Below, one piece after another: positions 18,424 through 27,700 of a DNA stretch of 64,000 nt. The notes beneath the pieces are model-generated. The model was given only the letters and a program-made list of their open reading frames with translations. It was not told where the DNA came from and searched no databases. This stretch comes from a virus (lineage: Duplodnaviria > Caudoviricetes). Position 1 is the first letter of the stretch; each line of letters opens with the position of its first letter. The translations under genes and the position numbers were made by a program. Location: the IMG/VR virus record IMGVR_UViG_3300043427_003220, positions 64,001-128,000 of that record, one strand, 5' to 3'.

Positions 18424-19224
18424 ATGGCCAATTTGCGAGTTAAAAAGAAACACATAAACCCAGATGCGATTGATGGAACTAAGCTAAAGTTGCTGGCTGG
18501 CGAGGCAGTTAGGGTTGTAGACGCTGAGGGCGATACCGTTGAATTGGTTAAATTAGATGCCAGTGGAAATGTCTTGGGCAATGGTTTTGAATTGGCTAAG
18601 AAACAAGACCTAGACGCTGAAGTCACCTCACGTCAAGTTGCTCTATCTGCGGAAGAATCTGCTCGTATTGCCGGCGATGCTGCTGAGCAATCTCGCGCTC
18701 TTGCTGCAGAAGCCGCCCTTCAATCCGCTATTGATGCGGAAACAACATCCCGTCAAGCTGCAATTGCCGACCTTGTCAATAGCGCTCCAGCCGTCCTTGA
18801 TACTCTAAAAGAACTGGCCGACGCCCTTGGCGGTGATGAAGACTTTGCAACAACGATTGCAAACAGATTCTCTAGCATCGAATCCAGCCTTTCTGCTGCT
18901 ACTCAGGATGGCACCGAATATACGGACGAAAAACATCAAGAAATTCTAGATGTTATTTCTGAAACTCTTTTGAAAAAAGAAGAAGTTACTCTTTCTGCTC
19001 AAAATATTACCGATGGGTATGTTGAATTGGCAGGAACAGGGATTATTGCCGATTCTATGGTAGCTTCGATTGATCGTCTCAATGTTTTTGAAAATGAAGA
19101 TTTTAATTTGAGCGTTGTTGATGGGGTGACCCGCATGACATTCCTTAATAGCTTTGCTGCTGGCGGTGATGAAGCCGTCGAAGCAGGCGAAAAGCTTAGA
19201 CTTACGTATTGGAGTCTTGTCTAA
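18424..19224 (+). CDS. Coiled-coil fibre protein (short family member)
   Basis: N-terminal LRVKKK..PDAIDGTK, APAVLDTLKELADALG, shared C-terminal domain. Confidence 0.78.
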   Translation: MANLRVKKKHINPDAIDGTKLKLLAGEAVRVVDAEGDTVELVKLDASGNVLGNGFELAKKQDLDAEVTSRQVALSAEESARIAGDAAEQSRALAAEAALQSAIDAETTSRQAAIADLVNSAPAVLDTLKELADALGGDEDFATTIANRFSSIESSLSAATQDGTEYTDEKHQEILDVISETLLKKEEVTLSAQNITDGYVELAGTGIIADSMVASIDRLNVFENEDFNLSVVDGVTRMTFLNSFAAGGDEAVEAGEKLRLTYWSLV

Positions 19225-19242
19225 ACCTTCCGACCCCCCTTT

Positions 19243-19276
19243 GAGGCGACTCTATTATAGGGTCGCCTCTTTTTTT
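19243..19276 (+). terminator. Intrinsic terminator
   Basis: GAGGCGACTCTA/TAGGGTCGCCTC stem + T run. Confidence 0.85.
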
Positions 19277-19344
19277 ATTGTTTTAGTTAATTCCTGCTAA
19301 AATATTTGTGCATATCTTCCAACCTAAGCAGGAGACTAATAATC

Positions 19345-22300
19345 ATGTCATTGCGTATTAAAAAGAAATTCCTTAATCCAAATGCGGTCGACGGAACTAA
19401 GATTCAACTATTAACAGGTCAAGCTCTTAAGGCAATTAATCATCTAGGAAACGAAATCGACCTTATTAAGATTGATGAAAATGGCAAGGTTATTGTTAAT
19501 GGCTATGAGGCAGCCGACAAAGCCGCTCTTGTTAGTGAAGAGTCTGCTCGTATTGCTGGTGATTTAACCGAAAAAACAGCTCGTATTGCTGGTGATGCTG
19601 CAGAAGCTGCTGCTCGTGAAGCTGCTGATTTGGCAGAGCAATCTGCTCGTCAAGCCGCCGATGACGCGCTTCAGGCTGCTATTGAGGCTTTGGGAGGGCA
19701 GGTTGGAACCAATCTTCAGACAGCTACGTCCGACCTTCAATTTTCTGTATTAGAAGAAAAAACAGCTCGCATGGCCGCTGACAGTGCCGAGCAATCTGCT
19801 CGTATCGCTGGAGATGCTGCAGAAACCGCTGCTCGCGAAGCTGCCGACTTAGCAGAGCAATCTGCTCGTATTGCTGGTGACTTGGAAGAAAAAACAGCTC
19901 GCATGGCTGGGGACGCTGCAGAAGCTGCTGCTCGCCAAGCTGCTGACGCGACGCTACAAACTGCTATTACAGCTCTAGAAGAGCAAGTTGGAACCAATCT
20001 TCAATCAGCAATTTCTGATCTTCAGGCTGCTGACCTTGTTGAAAAAACAGCTCGCATGGCTGCCGACAGTGCAGAAGCTGCCGCTCGCCAAGCTGCTGAC
20101 TCTACAGAAGCTGCCGCTCGTGAAGCTGCTGACCTAGAAGAAAAAACAGCTCGTATGGCTGCTGATGCTACCTTGCAAGCTGCTCTTAGTGCAGAAGCTG
20201 CCACTCGTGAAGCCGCTGATAGTGCAGAAGCTGCCGCTCGTGAAGCTGCTGACCTTGTTGAAAAAACAGCTCGTATGGCTGCTGATGCTGCCGAGCAATC
20301 TGCTCGTATTGCTGGCGACTTGGAAGAAAAAACAGCTCGCATGGCTGCCGACAGTGCAGAAGCTGCTGCTCGTGAAGCTGCTGACCTTGTTGAAAAAACA
20401 GCTCGTATGGCCGCTGATGCTGATGAAACCGCAGCTCGTATTGCTGCTGATTTGTCTCTTCAGTCAAGTATTGATTCAGAAGTCAGCGTTCGTTCCTTTG
20501 CTGATAGTCAGCTTCAGGCAGCAATCGACGCTGAAACAACCGCTCGCGTTGCTTCAGATAGCGCACTTGATGCTCGCCTAGATGTTATTGAGGGCGACGA
20601 TTCAACGGTTGGCTCTGTTGCCAAAGCACTCAAAGATGCTAAAGACTACGCAGACGCTGAAGTTTTGGCAGAAATGTCACGCGCTTTGGCTGCAGAAGCT
20701 GCCCTTGGAGTTAGAATTGATAATGTTCTTTCCAACGTAGACCCTTCTGCTCTTGATTCATTGACTGAAGTTGTTGCCGCTTTCCAAGCCGCTGACGGAA
20801 GCCTTAATAGCGCAATTAGTCTTTTGGCTGGCAATAACTCAACAAATCTAGATGGCGAAGTTTCTGCTCGTATTGCCGCAGACGATGCCCTTGATGCACG
20901 TCTCGACGTTCTTGAAGGTTCCGATACGGTTGTTGGCTCTGTTGCCAAAGCACTCAAAGATGCTAAAGACTATACAGACGCAGAAGTGACAGACGAAGCA
21001 GCAGCTCGCGTTGCCGCCGATAGCGCCGAACAGTCCGCACGTATGGCTGCTGATAGCGCACTTCAAGTCGCTATTAGCGCGGAAGAAGCTTCTCGCGTTG
21101 CTGCGGATTTGGTTGAAAAAACTCGTGCAATGGCTGCTGAAGCCGCCCTTCAGTCTGCTTTGGATGCAGAAGTTACAGCTCGCCAATTTAGCGACTCTGC
21201 GCTAAGCGATGCTCTTGATGTAGAAAAAACCGCTCGTATTTCTGCGGACAATACTCTTCAAAACAATATTGATACTGAGCAAAATGCACGCATTGCAGCA
21301 GACGCTGTTGAACAGTCTGCTCGTATTGCTGCTGATGCTGCTGAGCAAGTTGCACGCGAGGCTGCCGATGCCACCGAACAAGCTGCTCGTATTGCTGGTG
21401 ATTTGGAAGAAAAAACAGCTCGCATGGCTGCCGTGGCTGCGGAAATGTCCAGCCGTCAAGCCGCCGACGATGCGTTGTGGACTCGTGTTAATACAATTGA
21501 AGCGGATGAAAATACGGATGGCTCGCTTCTTAAAATCTTTAAAGATTCTAAGATTTACTCTGATATGAAAGTTAATGCCGAAAAAACTCGTGCATTAGCT
21601 GCTGAATCTACCTTGAATGCAGCAATTGAAGATGAAACCGCAGCTCGCATGGCTGCTGATGCTGCCGAGCAATTTGCTCGTATTAATGGAGATGCCGCAG
21701 AGGCCGCTGCTCGTCAAGCTGCCGTTGCCGCCGAAGCTACCTCTCGTCAAGCCGCTATTTCTTCCGAAGAAGCCGCTCGTATAGCTGCGGACAATGCAGA
21801 AGCCGGCTCACGTCAAGCCGCTGACGCCGTTCTTCAGGGCAATATTAACTCAGAGGCCGCTACTCGCGCTGCTAACGACACATCACTTCAATCAGCCATT
21901 AATGCTGAGGCTGGTTCTCGTCAGGCCGCCGATAATGCTCTCGGTAATCGCCTAAATGTTATTGAAGGTGATGCTAATACCGAAGGTTCTGTTGCTAAGG
22001 CAGAAGCCGATGCTAAGGCTTACGCAGATCAGCTAGCTCTTTCTGCAAATAGCAGTTTGCTTTCAGCAGTTGATGCAGAAAAAACCGCTCGCATTAGTGC
22101 TGACAATTCTGAACAAGCTGCTAGAATTGCTGCAGATACATCTCTTCAGAACGACATCAACTCTGAAATTGCAGCACGTATCGCCGCTGATGATGCAGAA
22201 AAAACTGCTCGCCAAGCCGCCGACGCTTCCCTTCAGTCAGCACTCGCTACTGAACTGGCCAATCGTATTGCTGGTGATGCTGCAGAAGGTTCCGCTCGTC

Positions 22301-24750
22301 AAGCTGCTGATAATACATTGCAAGGAAATATTAATGCCGAAGCCAACGCACGTCAAACCGCTGATGAAGCCCTTGATGCTCGCCTTGACACTTTGGAAGG
22401 TCCTTCAAATGTTGTTGGCTCCGTTGCTAATGCAGAGGCTAATGCTAAGGCTTACGCAGATCAGCTAGCTCTTTCTGCAAATAGCAATCTAATCAATTCG
22501 ATTAATTCTGAAGTAACATCTCGCCAAGCAGCCGTTGCTGGTGAAGCTGCTGCCCGTGAATCTGCTGATCTTGTTGAAAAAACAGCTCGCATGGCTGCAG
22601 ACACGACTCTTCAAAATAATATTAATAACGAAGCCAACGTCCGCGCTTCTGCCGACAGTCAGCTTCAAGCAGCAATTGATAATGAAGCTGCCGCTCGCTA
22701 TAACGCGGATAATGGTCTTTGGAATGGCATTGATGTCGAAAAGACCGCTCGCATGTCTGCCGATAACGCCCTTGATGCCCGCCTAGATGTTATTGAAGGC
22801 GACGCAACAACCGAAGGCTCTGTTGCTAAAGCAGAAGCTGATGCTAAGGCTTACGCAGATCAGCTAGCTCTTTCTGCAAACAGCAATCTAATCAACGCTA
22901 TCAATGCTGAAGTAACCGCTCGTCAAGTAGCCGATGATGCTGAAAAAACAGCTCGCATGTCTGCTGATAGCGCACTTGATGCTCGCCTAGATGTTATTGA
23001 GGGCTCTGATACAACTGAAGGTTCTGTTGCTAAGGCTGAAAAAGACGCTAGAGACTATGCGTATGAGCAGGTTAATGTTGAAAAAACTCGCGCACTTGCT
23101 GCTGAATCAGCATTGGGCGTTAGAATTGACAACGTGTTGTCAAATATTGACCCAGCCGCTCTTGACTCATTTACAGAAGTAGTTGCGGCTTTTCAAGCTG
23201 CCGATAGTAACCTTAACTCCGCTATCAGCAATATTTCTGTTAATGTTTCTGCCGAATTAAATGCAGAAATTACTTCTCGTAAGTCTGCGGATGATGCTCT
23301 TGATGCGCGTCTTGATGTTCTTGAAGGCGGCGACACAGTTACTGGCTCTGTTGCCAAAGCACTCAAAGACGCTAAGGGCTATACGGATTCTTCTGTCAAT
23401 GCAGAAAAAACAGCCCGTATGGCTGCTGATGGTGCAGAAACTGCAGCTCGTGAAGCCGCTGACAGTGCCCTTCAGTCATCTCTCAATGCTGAAGCTGCAA
23501 CCCGCGCCGCTGACGATTTGGTTGAAAAAACTGCTCGTATTGCTGCAGATAATGCCCTTAGTGCGCGTTTGAATTCGCTCGAAGGCGATGCTCTAACTGC
23601 TGGCTCTTTGGCCAATATTCTTGCTCAGGCCAAAGCTTATACAGACGATGAAGTTGCTTCTGAAGAAGCCGCTCGCGTTGCTGATGTTAACGCTGAAGAG
23701 GCTGCACGTATTTCTGCTATCAATAATGAAGCATCGCTTCGTCAATCTGGGGACGACAATCTTGCTGCTCTCATTGGTGCAGAGCAAGCTGCACGCATTT
23801 CAGCCGTATCTGCAGAAGTTTCTTCTCGTCAAGCAGCTGTTTTAGCTGAAGCAGGGGCTCGCGCTTTTGCTGTAATGGCTGTTACAGATAGCCTTAATGC
23901 AGAGGTCACTTCTCGCCAAGCAGCCGTTGCTGCTCTTCAAGAGGAGCTTGACCTTGAGGCTTCATTCCGTATCGCTATGGATGCAGACCTTCAGGATCAA
24001 ATCGACAACCTAGAGCTAACGGCAAATGGCAACTTGCTTGCGACTGTTACCGCTGAAGAGTCTTCTCGTATTGCCGCTGATGATGCAATTATGGCGGCGC
24101 TCAATGCTGAAACCACGGCTCGTGGAGCCGCTGATAGCGCGCTACTATCTAGCATCAATGCTGAAATTACTGCTCGTATGGCGGCTGTGCTTGCCGAAGA
24201 GTCAGCTCGTACAGCAGACGTAAATGCTGAAGAATCTCGCGCAATGGCTGCCGAATCATCTTTGCAAGCAGCTATTGAAACCGAAAAGAGCGCTAGAATT
24301 GCTGCAGATTCTGCTGCGGAAAGTGTAAGAGTTGCCGCTGATAGCGCAGAAGCTGCTTCTCGTCAAGCTGCTGACTTAGAAGAAAAAACAGCTCGTATGG
24401 CTGCTGACTCTGCACTTCAAGTCGCCCTTGATGCTGAAATTACTCGTGCATTAGCTGCCGAGGCAAGCATCAATGCGTCAATCAGCTCAATCAATGCTGT
24501 TCAGCACCGTAAAGAAAGATTTGAACTATCTGCACAAGATATTACAAATCAATTCGTTACCTTGGGTTATTTGGCCGTATCAAATTCTGTTATCGTAACA
24601 GTCAACCGCTTGGCAGCTCATCAGGGTGACGACTACACCCTCAGCGACGCTAATGGCGTAACAAAAATTACGTTTGCGGGTTCTTTGGCAACCGGCGGGC
24701 TTGAAGAGTTGGTTGCTGGAGATGTATTGTTTGTAAAGTATTTAAGCTAA
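19345..24750 (+). CDS. Giant Ala/Glu-rich hendecad coiled-coil fibre protein (about 1800 aa)
   Basis: SD AGGAG + MSLRIKKK; 11-aa ExxARxAADxx repeats; LDVIEG..GSVAKA..DAK.Y and LDSLTE interruptions. Confidence 0.82.
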   Translation: MSLRIKKKFLNPNAVDGTKIQLLTGQALKAINHLGNEIDLIKIDENGKVIVNGYEAADKAALVSEESARIAGDLTEKTARIAGDAAEAAAREAADLAEQSARQAADDALQAAIEALGGQVGTNLQTATSDLQFSVLEEKTARMAADSAEQSARIAGDAAETAAREAADLAEQSARIAGDLEEKTARMAGDAAEAAARQAADATLQTAITALEEQVGTNLQSAISDLQAADLVEKTARMAADSAEAAARQAADSTEAAAREAADLEEKTARMAADATLQAALSAEAATREAADSAEAAAREAADLVEKTARMAADAAEQSARIAGDLEEKTARMAADSAEAAAREAADLVEKTARMAADADETAARIAADLSLQSSIDSEVSVRSFADSQLQAAIDAETTARVASDSALDARLDVIEGDDSTVGSVAKALKDAKDYADAEVLAEMSRALAAEAALGVRIDNVLSNVDPSALDSLTEVVAAFQAADGSLNSAISLLAGNNSTNLDGEVSARIAADDALDARLDVLEGSDTVVGSVAKALKDAKDYTDAEVTDEAAARVAADSAEQSARMAADSALQVAISAEEASRVAADLVEKTRAMAAEAALQSALDAEVTARQFSDSALSDALDVEKTARISADNTLQNNIDTEQNARIAADAVEQSARIAADAAEQVAREAADATEQAARIAGDLEEKTARMAAVAAEMSSRQAADDALWTRVNTIEADENTDGSLLKIFKDSKIYSDMKVNAEKTRALAAESTLNAAIEDETAARMAADAAEQFARINGDAAEAAARQAAVAAEATSRQAAISSEEAARIAADNAEAGSRQAADAVLQGNINSEAATRAANDTSLQSAINAEAGSRQAADNALGNRLNVIEGDANTEGSVAKAEADAKAYADQLALSANSSLLSAVDAEKTARISADNSEQAARIAADTSLQNDINSEIAARIAADDAEKTARQAADASLQSALATELANRIAGDAAEGSARQAADNTLQGNINAEANARQTADEALDARLDTLEGPSNVVGSVANAEANAKAYADQLALSANSNLINSINSEVTSRQAAVAGEAAARESADLVEKTARMAADTTLQNNINNEANVRASADSQLQAAIDNEAAARYNADNGLWNGIDVEKTARMSADNALDARLDVIEGDATTEGSVAKAEADAKAYADQLALSANSNLINAINAEVTARQVADDAEKTARMSADSALDARLDVIEGSDTTEGSVAKAEKDARDYAYEQVNVEKTRALAAESALGVRIDNVLSNIDPAALDSFTEVVAAFQAADSNLNSAISNISVNVSAELNAEITSRKSADDALDARLDVLEGGDTVTGSVAKALKDAKGYTDSSVNAEKTARMAADGAETAAREAADSALQSSLNAEAATRAADDLVEKTARIAADNALSARLNSLEGDALTAGSLANILAQAKAYTDDEVASEEAARVADVNAEEAARISAINNEASLRQSGDDNLAALIGAEQAARISAVSAEVSSRQAAVLAEAGARAFAVMAVTDSLNAEVTSRQAAVAALQEELDLEASFRIAMDADLQDQIDNLELTANGNLLATVTAEESSRIAADDAIMAALNAETTARGAADSALLSSINAEITARMAAVLAEESARTADVNAEESRAMAAESSLQAAIETEKSARIAADSAAESVRVAADSAEAASRQAADLEEKTARMAADSALQVALDAEITRALAAEASINASISSINAVQHRKERFELSAQDITNQFVTLGYLAVSNSVIVTVNRLAAHQGDDYTLSDANGVTKITFAGSLATGGLEELVAGDVLFVKYLS

Positions 24751-24786
24751 TTAGCTAAAGTAATATAAAAAGAAAGGCACAAACAA

Positions 24787-27700
24787 ATGACAACAAGCCT
24801 ACGAATTATAAAGAAAAATATTAGCCCTGACGCAGTCGACGGAACCAAAATCAAGGTTCTCGACGGTCAGGCCCTTCGGGGGACAAACGCAGCGGGCGAA
24901 ACAATCGAAATACTAAAAGTTCAAGCTAACAAGCTTTTAGGTCTTGGCATTGAGATTGCTACCGCCCCCGCTCTTCAGGCCGAAGAGTCTGCCCGCGCTG
25001 CTGGAGACTTGACAGAAAAAACAGCTCGCATGGCTGCTGATGCTACCTTGCAGGCTGCTGTTGAAAAAGAAGTCAGCGACCGTGCTGCTGCCGTTAGTGC
25101 AGAACAAACATCTCGTAATTCAGCTATCACCTTGCTCTCTACAGCAACTCAAGATGCCATTCAGTCAGAAGTTAGCGCTCGTATTGCTGGTGATGCTGCG
25201 GAATCTGCCGCCCGCGTTGCTGGTGATGCCGGACTACAATCTGCCCTTAATACAGAATCTGCCGCTCGCGTTGCTGGCGACCTAGCTGAAAAAACAGCAA
25301 GATTGTCGGCTATTATTGAATTAGAATTGGCAATTGATACTGAAGAATCAGCTCGCGTTGCCGCCGATAATGCCGAAGCGGCTTCGCGTATTTCCGCTAT
25401 CAATAATGAAGCGGCGCTTCGTCAATCTGGAGACGACAATCTTGCTGCTCTTATTGGTGCAGAGCAAGCTGCACGCATTTCAGCCGTATCTGCAGAAGCC
25501 TCCTCTCGTCGAGCTGCGTTGGACGTTGAAAAAACTCTTCGTATTGCCGGCTACCTTGAGGAAATCGCTTCTCGCCAAGCTGCTGATGCTGTCCTTCAGT
25601 CCGCTATTGATGCTGAAACTGCTGCTCGTCAAAACGGCGACAGCGCTGAAGCTGCCGCTCGCCAAGCTGCTGATTTAGCAGAGCAATCTGCTCGTATTGC
25701 TGCTGATGCCTTTTTGCAAGCAAATCTTGATGAAATTGAAAATGCACTTAAAACACAGCAACAAGCGGCAAGTATAAATTTAGCAAACGAACTCACTGCT
25801 GAACAGTCTGCTCGCATCGCCTCCGACGCAAGCCTACAAACGGCTTTAAATGCAGAACAAGCTGCTCGTATTGCTGCTGACCTAGAAGAAAAAACAGCTC
25901 GCATGGCTGCTGATGCTGCCCTAGGGTCTAGAATTGACAATGTATTGTCAAATATTGACCCTGCGGCATTGGACTCATTAACTGAGATTGTTGATGCTTT
26001 TGAAACGGCAGATGAGGCGCTCAATGGCGCAATTGTTACCTTGGCAAATAATAGTACAAATGCTATTAATGCTGAAACTATTACTCGTCAAGCCGCTATT
26101 ATGGCAGAGGAACTTGAGCGCATTGCCGCAGATAATGCGGAAATTACCGCTCGCCGAGCTGCTATCCTAGAAGAGCAATCTGCTCGTATTGCTGCTGACC
26201 TAGCAGAACAATCTGCTCGTGAAATTGCTGTTGACTACCTATCTCAGGCTTTATCTACCGAGATTAGCTCACGTAATTCAGAGTATTTAACTGAAAAAAC
26301 AGCTCGCATGGCCGCTGATGCTGAGGAAGCTGTCGCTCGTGAAGCTGCCGACCTAGAAGAAAAAACAGCCCGCATAGCTGCCGATATTGCCTTGCAAGCT
26401 GCTCTTAGTGCAGAAACTGTTTCTCGTCAGGTAGCCGACCAAGCTGAGCAGGTTGCTCGTGAAGCGGGCGATGCTGACCTTCAGGCTCAAATTAATGCAC
26501 TTAGCGGGTCCTCTGGCACAAACCTAAGCGCACTCGAATCAGCGTTGGCTGCGGAGGTATCTTCCCGCACTATTGCAGATTTGGTTGAAAAAACCGAACG
26601 CATAGCAGCGGATGTATTACTGCAATCAGCAATTGATAGTGTATCTTCGCAGCTTCAAACTGAAACTAACGAACGCTTAGCGGCCATTACTCAAGTAAGC
26701 ACTGATTTAGAACAATCAATAACGCAAAACATTACTATTGTTAATAATAATCATACCGAATTTATTTCAATCACAGAAAACAACTTTATTCAAGAGCGCA
26801 GTCAACGTGCTCAACTTGAAACTAATATGAGTATTGGTTTTGAGGCAGCCGCTGCGGTAAGTGCCGGCATTCAAGCAGACATGGAATTTGGTTTTGGTGT
26901 AGAGGCAGATGCGCGTGTTTCTTTGGGCGTCGCCCTGAGCGCTTCTATTGACGTAGAAGCCTCTGCTCGCGTAGCTCTCGCTACCCAAGTTGCTGCTGAC
27001 ATTGACGTGGAAGCCTCTGCTCGCGTAGCATTAGCCGCTCAAGTAGCCGCTGACATTGACGTGGAAGCCTCTGCTCGCGTAGCATTAGCCGCTCAAGTAG
27101 CTGCTGATATTGACGTAGAAGCTTCAGCTCGCGTAGCTCTTGCAGCGCAAATCGCTGCTGATATTGATGTAGAAGCTTCAGCTCGTGTAGCTCTTGCAGC
27201 ACAAATTGCTGCTGATATTGATGTAGAGGCTTCAGCCCGTATTGCCCTTAGTGCTGAACTAAATGCAGCGATCGACGCAGAGATTTCTGCTCGCATAGCT
27301 CTCGCTGCTGCAATTGATGCTGATATTGCTGCAGAATTGGACATAGAAGCTTCAGCTCGTGTAGCTCTTGCAGCACAAATTGCTGCTGATATTGATGTAG
27401 AGGCTTCAGCCCGTATTGCCCTTAGTGCTGAACTAAATGCAGCAATTGCTGCGGAAGTAGATGCGCGTATAGCACTGGCTGTTCAATTAGGAATTGACAT
27501 TCAAGCAGAAGTCTCCGCTCGTTTAGCGCTGCAGGCAGCTATTGAGGCTGACATTCAAGCAGAAATTTCTGCTCGTTTGGCACTTGCCGCCTCCCTAGAG
27601 CTTGGCCTTAGCCTTGAAGCTGGTGCGCGAGTGGCCCTTGGCGTTGAACTTAATGCAGCAATTTCTGCGGAAGTGGGCGCTCGTGTAGCTCTTGCGGCGC

